This document shows, piece after piece, positions 11,773 through 24,600 of a DNA stretch of 64,000 nt. The translations under genes and the position numbers were made by a program. Positions within the stretch are counted from its first letter, which is position 1; each line of letters starts with the position of its first letter. Below the pieces are notes generated by a model. That model was not told the DNA's origin. It did no database searches and was given only the letters and a program-made list of their open reading frames with translations. The stretch comes from Podarcis cretensis. Its lineage: Eukaryota. The stretch lies in NCBI GenBank assembly GCA_951804945.1, contig OX638151.1, positions 40,362,001 through 40,426,000 of the forward strand. The letters are read 5' to 3'.

Positions 11773-13636
11773 GTAACTTTCCACTGGCGCTTGGCCAGTA
11801 AGGATTTCACATGTGTGTAAAGATGTTTCCCCCGTCTCTGACTCTTTTTTTAGACAGCTTATCTCTCTCACTATCACCCTGACATTTGTTTTGGCTTTGA
11901 GTTTAATTACCTCTTGAATCGAACAAAGGTTCAGATCAGGTAGAGATAATAGGAAGTCAATGAAGTTGATGTGTAGGAAATAATGACACCAGAGGTGTTG
12001 GTCCGTGCAAGACGACCCCTCCGGGATGAGAAACAAAGGCAGATAAGGGAGAAAGCAATGAATCAATCATCTGTGGAGCAGAAAGATGTGTACAAAGGTG
12101 TCTGGTGTTTGTATCTGCATCCCACCTGGATGGCCACAAACAAAATACAGTTCACTTAGACAAATTCCTGTGCACTGGAGCAAAGCCAGGTAGGAATGCA
12201 GGGAAGCATCTGGAAATGTATCTCTGGACCAGGAATAAACATGGGGAAATTAATCAAGTTACAAGGCACAGCAAATCTGAAACACCATTCGTGACTGATA
12301 AGAGGATAAATCATTCTTATTGCAGCAGGGTTTACAGACCACCAACATGACCAGACCTCCATTGTGGAAGGAAGATTAGACCGCTGCACTGAATGAAGTT
12401 TACGTACTAAGAAGCCTTGGTAATTCAAAGAGCTAAACAAAATAGCCACAGGAAGGACAGTGTACACAAGGACACAGAAACAACTTGGATCAGAAGACAC
12501 CGAGAAGGAGGGAGAATCATTTCGCATTCCACCATTCCCTTGTGTGCGCTAATTAGGAAGGTCTACAAACTGGACACGGGTTTACACTTAATAAAGTCAC
12601 TGGGGGCTACGGGATCTGGAGTTTTTTGTTTTTATTTCTCTTTATTTAACAACATTTATATACTGCTTGATTATAACAAAACCTCCCAATGGTTTGAAAG
12701 ACCTGCAACCTGTTTATTGGAATTACAGCCTTCTGAAAGGATTAAGCAGGCTCCTGGATACTTTATACCAGGACATTTTGGGAACCAATTGGCTATCCCA
12801 GAGGTCATCTTCTAGTTTCTTGATTGTGAATAATCCCTTCTTTCCCTAGCCTCTCCTGTGTCCCTTCCTCTTGGGGACATCATCACTGGAGGTTCTGAGG
12901 GGGTTGTTGTTGTTAGAGCATGTGGTTTGTAAGTTTCCTAAAACATCATCGTTGTACTCCGTGTTTTACAGAGTTAGAAGCACCAAATGCCTGAGAGTCT
13001 TACGGTTTTATCTCTGGAGGTGGGAGCGGGACAGGGGCAGAGGAAGGCACAGGGACAGATGCAAAGATTATGAGGAAAAAGCTACAGGCAGCTACAGGTA
13101 ATTAGGTTCTGCTTCAGCTGAGCCCAAGAGCAAAGGGGATAATTCAACCATGAATGAGATCTATTCTAAGGAGCGAGATGGAAGGATGGCACCGCATAGC
13201 TGGTCTGGGAAGGTGTTCCAGCCAATGTGATGCTCGTCCCTGTTCACGCCTTCTTCTTTATTGCGTATCTTTTAGAGTTTGGGACAAGATCAAAAGCAGG
13301 ACTGGATTCAGGGGATCGTTTCTTCCCTGCCAACACAACTGCAGCCACTCTGCCCTTCTTGGCAGGCTCCTCTTGATTTCTGCTTCACAGTCCAAGGATT
13401 GTGAAAGCATTGGGGAGGTGCTGTGCTGTGCTGTGCTGTGGTTTTTGTTTTTGTTTTTGTTTTGCTCTGGCATTTTCTTGCACTTGGAAGACATTGTTTT
13501 GCAGCCAAAGCCATTTGTTAAATTAAGATTCCTCTTCACACCGTGTCTATCAGTCAGAGTGGGTAATGACTCTGGGAGGTGAGAGAGGCCTTTTCACAAT
13601 TCCTCAGATACGTGGGGGATGCAAAGCAGAACTAAA

Positions 13637-13693
13637 ATGAAAGACAATCAGGTCTGTAATGGCATCCAAGCTGTGGGCCTCAGCTTCGAGGAG
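13637..13693 (+). CDS. Candidate first coding exon (MKDNQVCNGIQAVGLSFEE), host gene unidentified
   Basis: aaaATG start, 19 open codons, GAG|gtaatg donor in phase 0, repeat-free context. No homology recognised. Confidence 0.2.
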
Positions 13694-14619
13694 GTAATGA
13701 GGGAGCTTAATACGACAGTTTCCAATGACGTGTATATGTTGGAAAGTTCATCTTGAGGTTAAAACCCCTTTTGTAATTTCTTCAGATTAGATCTCTTGAG
13801 TCTAGAAAAGTGCCGGCTCAGAAAGGGCATGACTGAAATAGATTAAAAACAGCAAAAAAGTGTAGAAAATGGGGATATGGAACACCTGTTTACTCTTTTG
13901 CATACTTCTTGAATGAGGAAGTGCTAAGCACAGTGAACCCAAAGGATGTCCCCAGTAAACACGTGGAACTTCCTGGGAGTAAAACTCACCCCCGCCTTTT
14001 TTTTACCTAAGCAAATTATGTGATGAAAATATTGTGTAAGGTCTTTCTTTCTATCCCACCGACATCTGAACAGAGTTGGCAGGAATGCAACAGAGGGCTG
14101 TCTTGGTCATAGGCTCTGCAGCTTCTGTCTAAGGCATCTTATCACATCTCTAATTGTCATCTGACTGCAGACAAAGACATTTTATCCAGACAGATTTTTC
14201 GACTTGTTATGCACATTCTATGTTAGTGCACTTGTTTTAACTCATTTTTGTCAGTTTTACTGATGTGTCTTATCTGCTTTGTGTATTTGTAATTTTGCAT
14301 TTTATTGCTGCTTTACTATATTTAATCAACTTAATGTGTTTATATTTTATTGCTATTAGTCACCTTGAGCACCATTAGGCTGAAAGTCAGGATACAAACT
14401 GAACAAACAAACCCTATTTTGCACATACAGATTCATTTGCTTGCCTGCCTCCCAGGGCTGGTGCAATATTAAGCCTGGGGAATAACAACAACACAGGATT
14501 CTGATCGTTGGTCTTGAATTGATCTTAGCTATCTAAATCCCTGCCTGGCACCTAGCTGAATCTCTCAATGAAAATGTCAACCCCATATGCAGTTTGGGAA
14601 AAGGCAAATCCATGTTAGT

Positions 14620-14785
14620 AGCCCTGTAGTAGCCATTGATAGCCTCATTCTCCAGGAATTAGTCTAATCTCCTTTTTGAAGCCATCCAAGTTAGTGGCCA
14701 TTACTACATTTTGCTGTAGCAAATATCATAGTTTAATTATATCCTGTGTGAAAAATATTTCCTTTAGTCTGTCCTGAATCTTCCA
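14620..14785 (-). mobile_element. CR1 LINE 3' fragment (degraded)
   Basis: tctaatctcctttttgaagccatccaagttagtggcca and cctgtgtgaaaaatatttcctttagtctgtcctgaatctt match the CR1 ORF2 end seen at ~6590-6650. Confidence 0.65.
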
Positions 14786-14789
14786 TCCG

Positions 14790-15170
14790 ACAAATGGGTC
14801 AATTTGGGTTTCTCTCAGTTTCTCATCTCTCCAATATTAAGTTCATTTCGCCACATTTCTGTATTATTATTTTCTTTTTTTAAAAAAACGGTACTCGTAA
14901 GATCCACCAGCAATTTAGTGCACGTTGCTCCCAATATGCACATTTTGTATCCAGTTTTGCCTAATATAATGTATTTTCTCAACTATATGTATTTTAATGG
15001 ACACTTCCCCCTAACATTAACACTTGTGATTCACATTTTTGGCTCGGAAGCCTGCATTGCAAAATTCATACAACTGAAATATTCAAAGGATATCTGCATT
15101 TTGTTTCATGCATTGTTTCAGGAAGTGCAGATTAGGCATGCTCATATTAAAGCTGAATTTCTCCCCATTC
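14790..15170. mobile_element. AT-rich ~400-bp non-autonomous DNA transposon family (other copies ~26030-26400, 34060-34560, 44716-45140, 53080-53510)
   Basis: Recurrent motifs ctcagtttctcat, tatgcatttttg and gaatttctcccccatc in several dispersed copies. The copy at 44716 begins AGGGATGGGGAGAAATT. Superfamily (Kolobok/T2-like) is an inference. Confidence 0.6.
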
Positions 15171-15604
15171 TTACTCTTAGGGCTGTATTCCTAAGGGGGT
15201 GTAGCATTGCTTTAAATGTGTTCTGCAAAGCAGGTGGACTTGGGCATAGATACTTTGTTGATGGACATCTACAGATTGATATGTACATGTGTTCTTCATC
15301 TGAGTTCCCTCTCTCTGTGCAGGATTCCCCACACTAACCCTGTCATTGTTGCTTTCCTCCAGTGAACCAGCAGGTTTCTTCTGAGAAAGTAAGAGGAGAC
15401 AATGCAGCCAAATTGACCCACATTTTTCAATGAGTCTCCTCTCCCCTGCCACATTGATCAGCCCAAAGGCATGTTGAGTCTGAAGAACTAAACACCCCTA
15501 TCCTATATTTTCATCAGAACTCTATCCATTGATATCAGATTGAGACATTCATAATCTAAAAATAAACTACTAAAAGCACCCCATCTTTTTCCGGATTAGC
15601 ATTA

Positions 15605-15846
15605 CAGTGGTACCTTGGCTTAAGAACTTAATTTGTTCTGGAGGTCCGTTCTTAACCTGAAACTGTTCTTAACCCGAGGTACCACTTTAGCTAATGGGGC
15701 CTCCCACTGCCGTCACACCTCCGCCATGTGATTTCTGTTCTCATCCAGAAGCAAAGTTCTTAACCCGAGGTACTATTTCTGGGTTAGCGGAGTCTGTAAC
15801 CTGAAGCATCTGTAACCTGAAGTGTCTGTAACCCGAGGTACCACTG
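15605..15846. mobile_element. Tigger-like MITE
   Basis: TIRs CAGTGGTACCTTGG / CCGAGGTACCACTG, TA TSD. Near-identical to 36458-36683 and 53246-53487. Confidence 0.92.
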
Positions 15847-15857
15847 TAGTTGGAAAG

Positions 15858-16050
15858 GGAGACATAGGAATTTGCCTTGTACCAAGCCTGATCATTGGTC
15901 CATCTTGCTCAGTATTGTGTATACTGATTGGCAGCTCTTCTCCAGGATTTCCAATGGAAATATTTCCCAGCCCTCCTGGAGATGCTGAGGAATACCTTGT
16001 GCCCTTTGTATGACAACAAATGGGCTCTATCCCCCTGAGCTACAGCCTAT
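15858..16050 (-). mobile_element. Squam3-type tRNA-derived SINE (degraded)
   Basis: Reverse complement of the element at 45978-46052/46701-46823: acatagga tail, ggtccatcttgctcagtattgtgtatactga core, ctgagctacagcc head. Confidence 0.75.
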
Positions 16051-17699
16051 TTCTTTGGAGGATCCAAACAGCATGAAGAACAAAAGAAACAACAAACCCT
16101 GCAAAAAAAAAATTGCTTTCCCCACTCACTGATGATAGACGAATGTTCTTTGGGGCAAGTAATATGACTTTAGGTTTAAAACAAAGCCCAATTATGTTAT
16201 ACAGCATTTGCCCTTTGTAAGCCAGGCCGTCTTCTGATTTTAACCCCCTCTACTCATACCCTTTTTCACACCACAGGCACCTCTTTTAATTGGTTCACAT
16301 GTTTCAATTCCACCAGAATGATCTGTGCCATTTCCAACTACTTGAGAATTGCTCGTTGCAATCCATGAAGGTCACCTATGGGTGTCTGTTCTGTTGACAG
16401 ACCAGACAACCTGTCTTGCCTACACTGGGCCCTCATCCAGAAAATGCTGCCATTAAGAACACACTTTCAAGTGACTTTACCTCATCTGGCCCTCTGCTAG
16501 CAGGTGAACGAACCATAAATCCAAGGAACTTCATATTTGTCTTTCTAGACTCCTACTCATCCCAGCAACTTCTTCTAAACCTCTATAAAATTAATTCATA
16601 TACAGCACATGCTTAAAACACACCAAGAAGAAATGACAACCAAAATAAATCTGAAACAGCAATCTGAGTTTATTTCTAAGTGTATAATACAAAAATAACC
16701 AAAAACATTCCTTAAAAAAATTATAATAAGAAAACTGTCTCCATTTTCCCAGGGAAAAGACTGTTTTCTGAGCTGTGAGCAGTCCCTTTTCTTACAGTCT
16801 AAAAATATAGGTTTATATTTGTAAATGCCAAAATCATCTTAAAGGAAGTTGCTTTTATTACAAGGGGTTTAGTTCATGGAAATGGTTGTTCCACTTTTAG
16901 TGGCAATCTTGAAATGGTGGCAATACAGAAAGCTAAAGCCGAATCAAATGGAGCTGTAAAAATAAAGCCATGTTAAGTTCAGTGTCAGTGAAATATAGGG
17001 TTGCCATACATCCAGGAATTCCTGGGCACGTCCTCTTTTGGTGGTCCTACATGCCCATCCAGGGGTAATTCTACATTTTAAAGCCAATGTGCTATATTTG
17101 GGGTTAAAAACAAAAAATGTGTGGGTGGCTCTGGTTCAGATGAAGGATAGAGAGGAGTTTGTAAATGTATGTAGAAACTAACCTACTCTACAAAGTTTAC
17201 ATCCATTGCTCTGCCTGCTTTGCCCCTGCCTCCACCCACCACTGACACATGGCCCTCAGAAGGTTGCCCAGAAGGGAATGTGGCCCCCAGGCTGAAAAAT
17301 GTTTCCCACCCCTGTTTTATATGCAAAGCCAGCACATCAGAAAGAAAGTTGGGATAGAACTCTGCCTCTGACATGTTCCACTTTCTGCAGGTGGTGGTGG
17401 CTTTCAAAGGAAGAATTATCCTTTCTAGAGATGATACTGTCCTGTAACAAACAACACTACTTGCCTCCTTGGTTGTTCAAACAAATGTCTCCAAATCCAT
17501 TCCCCTGAACCTTTGGGTATTTTCCCCTGAGGAAATTATCATTCCTCTTTTTCATTTGTTGTTTTTCCCCCTTCCAGGTTTTCTGCCCTTATTTTGAAGC
17601 AAGTTACTCAGAGGAAAGATAGTTAATTACTTCACTAGGGTAATTTTGAAGTAGGGTCTTGTTGCTGCTGCAGCTGGGAGTTTTCCAGTTGGTATTGAC

Positions 17700-17930
17700 C
17701 TGCCACAGGGCCTTTTGAGTGGTGGATCCCCATCTGTGGAATGCTCTCCCTGATAAGATCTCCCCTTTGCTGACTTTCAGGAAGTACCTAAAAACCCTGA
17801 TTGTGAGACTGTTTTTAACTGTTTTTAGAATGCTTTGTAAATGCTTTTCTGATACAGTATCAATGTATTTGCTGCCTGGGCTCCTTCAGAAGGAAGGGCA
17901 AGATATAAGTTGAATAATATTACTACTACT
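17700..17930 (+). mobile_element. Old L2 3' fragment
   Basis: Translation PHLWNALPD..FRKYLKT resembles the L2 ORF2 end, followed by a 3'UTR and (TAC)n-like tail. Confidence 0.6.
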
Positions 17931-17947
17931 ACAGGAGAAAGGGAATG

Positions 17948-18173
17948 GGTCCAAACCACTGAGCCTCTTGGGCTTGCAGAACAGAAGATGTTGGGAAAGA
18001 TGGAGGGCACAAGGAGAAGGGGGCGACAGAGGACGAGATGGTTGGACAGTGTTCTCGAAGCTACAAACATGAGTTTAACTGAGCTGCGAGAGGCAGTGGA
18101 AGACAGGAGTGCCTGGCGTGCTCTGGTCCATGGGGTCACGAAGAGTCGGACACAACTAAAGGACTAAACAACA
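17948..18173 (+). mobile_element. Chimera: partial Sauria SINE head joined to a Bov-B 3' end
   Basis: 17948-17987 matches the SINE head at 45281-45320. 17987-18173 matches Bov-B at 58877-59060 (MLGKMEGTRRRGRQRTRWLDSV..WRALVHGVTKSRT). Confidence 0.85.
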
Positions 18174-19007
18174 ATAGGTCTGTGTTTTTGAGTAGGCCCA
18201 AAAGGTAGAGACAATGGTGCTGCAATAGCTTGAGGGAAAGTTACAGGCCAGAATGGGTGTTTGGGAGGGCAGTGCTCCCTTCTTCAATTTGTACTTGGAC
18301 ACCTCTGAATTCAACGTCATATTCAGAACCACAAAGCCATCGCCTTTATGGAGCAAAGTACAAGCGCTCACCACTCCTCTGTACCATTTTTAGGCAAGGC
18401 TAACATTTACTGGTGTTAGCCTCATGTATGCAACCCATCTGCCTACATATAGCTCTAGGCATCTAAAATTAGGTAAGCCATCCTATTCTTGAGGGGGGCA
18501 GATCAGAGCGGATGAGTGTTAGAAAAGGAACAGTGATGTAATGCAGGGGAAATAAAATAAGCAACCCAGCCTTGACCTACTGTCCTCTTCACCAGGGCAC
18601 AATTGTATTCTGCTTTATGCAGAATCATCTTTAGTGGCCTGTGTGCAGTTACTGGAGCAAACAAGCTCTGGGCTCCATGTTGTTCCATATAAAGCCCACT
18701 ACAGCGCAATGACTCACTGCTTTGTGATATAAATGGGCATGCACATCCAGAGCACCAGTTGCTTCGGACTACAGCTGGACTGCAGCAATAGTAATCAGAA
18801 TGAGTCACGTGCTTCAGGACAGGTTTAACTGGGCATGTGGTGTGTGTGAAAGCTTTGCAAAACTGGATCTTGCTAAATTGGGTTGTACCCATTTTATTTT
18901 TTTGCAAAGACAAAAACAAATCAATGGTGGGGTAAAACTGTACACAGATCTCCCCTGGTCCCTTTAAGAACATTGCTCTTAACCACAACAAGAATAACTG
19001 TTGTGGT

Positions 19008-19028
19008 TGCTGCTGCTGCTGCTGCTGC
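19008..19028. repeat. (GCT)n / (CAG)n trinucleotide repeat
   Basis: About 7 units tgctgctgc. Confidence 0.9.
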
Positions 19029-21510
19029 AGTTTTATCCCAGCTTTTTCTCCAAAGAGCTCAAAGTGATGGACATGGTTCTCCCCCTCCTCATTTAATCCC
19101 CACAACTATGTTTCTTTGAACTGTTATAAGTGGTATTTATTCAGCATGAGTGATGGGCCAGTCCAAACCTCTCTTTTGTAATGACCATCAAGACTGTCCA
19201 CTGCATTCTGAAATCAGCTTCATGAAACAGGAGGGTGAGGCTATTGTATATCTGTAAGTGCTTTATCTAGGAGCACTCGTTCTTCCTTTGAAAGCAAGTC
19301 TCAAGCTTTACGATTTTGGCTAAAGATGGTTTATGCAAACACATTCTCAGGACATCTGTACCTTCTACAGAAGGATATTTGTGTTAGCTCGTGGTTCAAA
19401 GCTTTTAATAATAAACTACATTTATTGGGCCTTTCTGTAAATTTCCTTCAGACTCAAAGCCATTCCCAGTAAAAAAAGATTCTTAGCCTTCTGATTAAGA
19501 ATATGGATGCAAAGTGTTCCATGTCAGCTGCTCCTAAAATCTGCTTTCCAATTCATCTTTGTTTGTCTTCTGACTTTTCTAAGGGTCATACCAATTAATT
19601 GGATGGCCTGACTCTCCCCAAATATCAGCTAATCTTTTCTAGGGCTAGATGTGTTTTTCTTTTCTGTTCAATGGTCATTTTGGGGGTAAACAATAAACAA
19701 ATAGGTCTGCCCTCTATGGGGGTGGAGCAACTGAAACATTAACACGTGGGAGGGGATGTATGTAACTTTTATAGAAATGAGCAAAATAGATTATCTACCT
19801 CCATCCTACTAAAATACTAAAAGGACTTTTGGGTGATGTTTGACTTACTTATCAGCTGACATAGACAAAAAAACCAAAAAACAAAAACAGTTGCTTGGTT
19901 TCTGCTGCAAAGACCAGTAAATAGATTTTGTGGATTTAATCATATCTTGTTTGTTCCCTTCCTTAGTTTTATAAGATTGTAACCTGGCTCATGTTAGAAA
20001 TTGAATGATTTTGGTATTTTATTTTGCTTTTATCAGATCAGCGACCATACAATAAAATCTGTATTTGGAACATTCCTGCGTGTGTGTGTGTGTGGATTTC
20101 TGAAAGGCGTTAGATTCTCAACAAGGTTTACAGGCCACTTTTAGATTATATCCAGGATTAAATTGCAAAAGAAACACTCAAACCCAGTATATATTAATAG
20201 CATCTGTTGTGGTTACTTCTTTATATCTCATAATATCTATGCATTTCAGTGTCATCACAGGCCAGGCAGTGACCTTTCTTTTAAAAGCATAAGAATGTGT
20301 GCCTTTAGCATGCATCCCTGATGCCCAGGCACATCGAAATGTTTATTATCATGTTTATTCAATGCACAAAACTGGAGAGTTGACCCAGGATTGAGGTGCT
20401 CCTGAGTAATGTGTGGTCTGAGACAGGAGAGGGATGAGGTCTGCCAACTCTGCACTCCCTAAATGATCCTTGAGGTTTCCTGTTATAAACCTTCTTTGTG
20501 CATACCTTCTGCATGCTTACCAAAAAAAAAAAAAAAAGGTCTCTCCACCTCTTCGCCCAACCCCCACATGCCTCATAATGCGTTGTGCAATTATTCTATT
20601 ATTTAACCCCTAGCCATAAATCCTGGCCAATTGGCAAGCCACTCACAGCTCACTGCCTAATCTTTCACCAAACCAATATTTGCAAGGTGTGTAATTGCAG
20701 CCGAAGAAATGGGACCGGCGTGGTGGTGACAGACGAGACAAAGCAGCATCCCTGGCAGCTGCAGGAACAGCAGCAGTTGGGAGCTCCAAAGGGCGGTACC
20801 TCCCAGGAGCCGGAAAAGGACCAGCTCAGGGCAACTGCTGGCGCCACACAGAATGCTCTGGCTGTGAGCATCAGGCTTTGTGGGCACTGAATGCCTCTTA
20901 ACACATTCCAGTGCCCTCAAGACAAGGGAAATTGAAGGTTGACTCAGATGGCTTTTCTTTTCTTCTTTTCTTTTTTGGTGGAGCTATCCTACTCTTAGAA
21001 TATTCTTGGTAAACCAACCAATTCTCTTTGTTTGCTTTAGCAAAGCACATGACTCTCTCGCACTCTCTCTCCTCTCCACACTCACACACCCCATTCCCTT
21101 TAAAAACATATCTAGGTCTTCTGGCACCTTTCAACCAACACAGCAGCACCAGACCGGCTGACTGAAAGCTAACCTTTTCATCAAAAGAAATAGCACAAGT
21201 AGAAACTATGGGATTCTTCCCCCCTTATTTCTTCTTCATTCCATTCCTTTAGCTTTTATTAAGAAAAATTGTTCTCCCACCTATCTGCATTTTCCGAAAA
21301 GCCCTACAAAGCAGCTAACAAATAAAGGATGCAATCCCAGGACCATACATAGGATAGGTCATATCTCCTCTTCTGAGAGAGGAAAGCATTTAGACAAAGC
21401 AGAGTTTCCAGAAGATCAGTATTAAGTGAGCAAGCTTGCACAAGGAGAGATGCTCAATGAGATATGCAGAAACCAAATGATTGTTTCCTTGTGACAAACA
21501 GCTTCTAGAT

Positions 21511-21699
21511 CATGAGTAGGCAAACTAATGCCCGGGGGCCGGATCCGGCCCAATCGCCTTCTAAATCCGGCCCACGGATGGTCCGGGTATCAGCATGTTT
21601 TAACATGAGTAGAATGTGTGCTTTTATTTAAAATGCATCTCTGGATTATTTGTGGGGCATAGGAATTCTTTCAAAAAAAAATTAGTTTGCTGACCCCTG
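21511..21699 (+). mobile_element. hAT/Charlie MITE, OC1 (OposCharlie1)-like
   Basis: TIRs CATGAGTAGGCAAACT / AGTTTGCTGACCCCTG and a perfect 8-bp TSD ttctagat (21503-21510, 21700-21707). Internal aaaatgcatctctggattatttgtggggcataggaatt recalled from OC1-type non-autonomous elements. Confidence 0.85.
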
Positions 21700-24600
21700 T
21701 TCTAGATCTTAACTAAGTTCTCTCTCCCCGCCCCCCATCCAAAGTCTCCTGGAACTCAACCCATTATGCGGTGAACTGTCTAAGCATGACCCAAGTCTCT
21801 TGTGGTGCCCTCATATGATCCATTTGCCAGAAGGAGGTTGCAGTCTGGTTAATGTGTGCACACATACTTCTAAATATCAAATACAGCTGGCTGTGCACTC
21901 AGATGTCATGGGCTGCCCCTGAAAACAATTTCATGTAGGCCCCAAGGTAGAAAAGTACCTGGATGCCTTTCCTGCTCCTAAGAAAATTCAAGAAGACCTC
22001 ACGACAGCTATAGAAAGTCAAGGGCAGGTTGGGAGAGCGGAGCTCTTCTAACAGTGTATGCACAAATGGAGGCAATTGCAATGAACATTAAATCCTATGA
22101 CGACAGATGGGGAGGAGGCACATCCAGAATCTATGATGCATGACTATCTTTGACAACCAACCTTTTTGTGTTTCTAATCCTTCCCCCCTGGGTTCCCTCC
22201 CTTAATGGGAGCATAGACCCTCATGCTAGATTTAGCTTCCTCAGGTAGAGAAAAGCAACCTCTGAGGCAATGAATTAGAAGCAAGGAAAACACAGTTGAG
22301 CATTTAGTACCACCTGCTGCTCATGCTTCTATCAAAGAATGGGCAAAGGTCAGTGGTTGGCCACCGTGAGAACAGAAAGCTGAACAAGATGGGCCTTTGC
22401 TCAAATCCAGCAAGGCTTTTCTTAAGTACCTAACACTCTGTCCCCGGCATCCATTAGAAGAAATGAAGGAATAGGTTGGCTCCATAGCTAGCAAAAGGTG
22501 TGTTTGAAGTATGAATCATTGAGAATTGCGCAAGCCCAGAAGTTTAATGTAATATCTGAATATTTTTAAGTGATTCATGTCACACCCTTCACTATGACTT
22601 AATCTGAAGCACATGAACCCTCAGGGCAAGGTCTGAATTTTTATTTTCTTTAAAGCAGCACACTAACTTATGGATCATTTTAGTGCTGAATCAAAGCAAG
22701 TGCATGCATTAGTGAAAAGTGGACTAACATCATTGCAGAATATTTTACTCTCATTCAGAAGGTCCTAAAATTTATGGATAAGCTACATATTATGATGCAT
22801 GATGCCATCAAATGGAGGGAGGCAACCATTTGCTGGACTAAACTGTGGCAATAATAAAAATCAAAAGCCAGGAGAACTGACTTTAGTTTAGATTTTTGCA
22901 ACACCTAGTTGAACAGGGGTAAAATTGAGGTGTCTCCATGTGAATTGACTTTGTGTCACAGAATCTCTATGATATTTCTGGGGCAAGCTCAATTTTAGTT
23001 CACATGAGGAGCTGGCTCATAAGATCCCACCATAAGACCATAGACATGGACATCTTTCCAGGTAGGAGAGTCACACCAACACAGATGACAGCCAGCATGG
23101 CCAATGATTATGAATAATGGAGTCTGTGGTACAAAACGTATGCAGGACATCAGGTTTGTGAAGGCTGTGTGCTTGATACAGCTTGCCCTGAAGAAATAGT
23201 AATAATAAACAATGCACCTATTGTTTTCTAAGCATTGTACAGAGTTTTAAAAAAGATGCTACCTGGCTTCAGAAAAGAAAAAAGAAGCAATGGGGGGGAG
23301 AAAAAGAAAGCAACTTCTTATCAATGTACATAATCTTATAGTTGGAATGGCCACTGATTATATAGTTCTAGAAGAAGAGGAGCTAAAATGGCAGTTGATC
23401 CACTGGAGTGGTCTTTGCTGTCTGTCCTCTTTCTGAGAGTTTGCAAAATTTGATGGGTGGGATTCACCTAACAAGGCCCATCAGTGGAAGCCCAGTGCAA
23501 GGGCTTCCCCCCTTTCTTCCCCCGCCCCTATCAAAAGATTGGCTCCGGAGAAGTTGGGAGAACCCCACAACAGTGTGTGGGGGGGGTATGGGTTGAGGGA
23601 TCATTCTGTCTAGCAAGCTGAAATGCTTGTGCAGACAGGACGTTCATCGTAGCTCGACAATGATTTCCACCCAATGATTCCTAACAATGGAGCATATAAT
23701 CTACAAGATGCCAAGCACTGGGGATGTGCTCTAGATCTTTCTCACTTGTAGCTTCTAGTACTTTCAGCAGCCCTGTTTTCTGCACCACAACCAATGGTAA
23801 CTCAATTATTGTTTGTTTTGTAATCCCAGGTTCCATGGCAAGTCAAGCAAATTATGTAGCATAAATAATATGTGTCTATTTATATAATACATTTGGGTGG
23901 TAAAATTTGAAATTACTCACTGCAAGTTATGATTTTTACTCTGAACCCTGTGCATTGCAGAAATTACCATATTCTTGTCTTTAAGGCACATGGGCATCCA
24001 TTTGCCTGAAATGAAATATATTAGGCAAAAGATTGACATTTTTATTAGTAATTTTCGCAAACTCCCGCATCATAACAGAGTGCTGGCTAGCTCCAGGAAA
24101 AGGGTCCTTGTTATAAAGGCCATACACATCCAGTGGGTCGTTTTGTTATGTTGGACCCTGTAATTGCTTTCAACTATTGCAATTGCTCAACAGCATTTTT
24201 GGTCAAGATGTTCTTCTTGAATGGAATTCAGTGGGATTGTTGCTGGATTAAAATTAGCAGTGAATCCAGACATGGGCTCCATCCATTCCAACGGGGGCAC
24301 GTGTTTTCGTTCAGTGTCCCATAAGCCTATGAATGCAGGGAGCCGATCTTTGCCAGAACATTTGGTTTTCTTTAAATCTCTTACTTCCCTTATGGTTTAG
24401 ATGCCATTGTCCTGATGGTACAGAAACAGTATATTGAGGGGCAATGTACACGTCTCAAGATTTAAATGTGTTTTGTGTTTGCCTACAGCTTTAGTTAAAG
24501 AAGGTTTTATGAAGCAATTGTGTTCAAACTCGATGGGACATTTTCTAATCTACAATGGTCCCTGAAAAGCAGTGTTATATTATTTCCACTTCTCATTTCT

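Noticed and set aside
11728-12066. Minus-strand ORF with a protein-like C-terminus
   Set aside because: No recognised homology and no convincing acceptor. It overlaps a better-signalled plus-strand candidate.
14804-15337. 177-aa hydrophobic ORF
   Set aside because: Reads through an AT-rich transposon remnant; hydrophobicity reflects T-richness.
17578-17639. Strong acceptor followed by a donor
   Set aside because: Stops in all three frames; at most a non-coding exon, with no further support.
18503-19105. 200-aa ORF with polyQ
   Set aside because: The polyQ comes from a short CAG microsatellite. The rest is not protein-like and no splice structure was identified.
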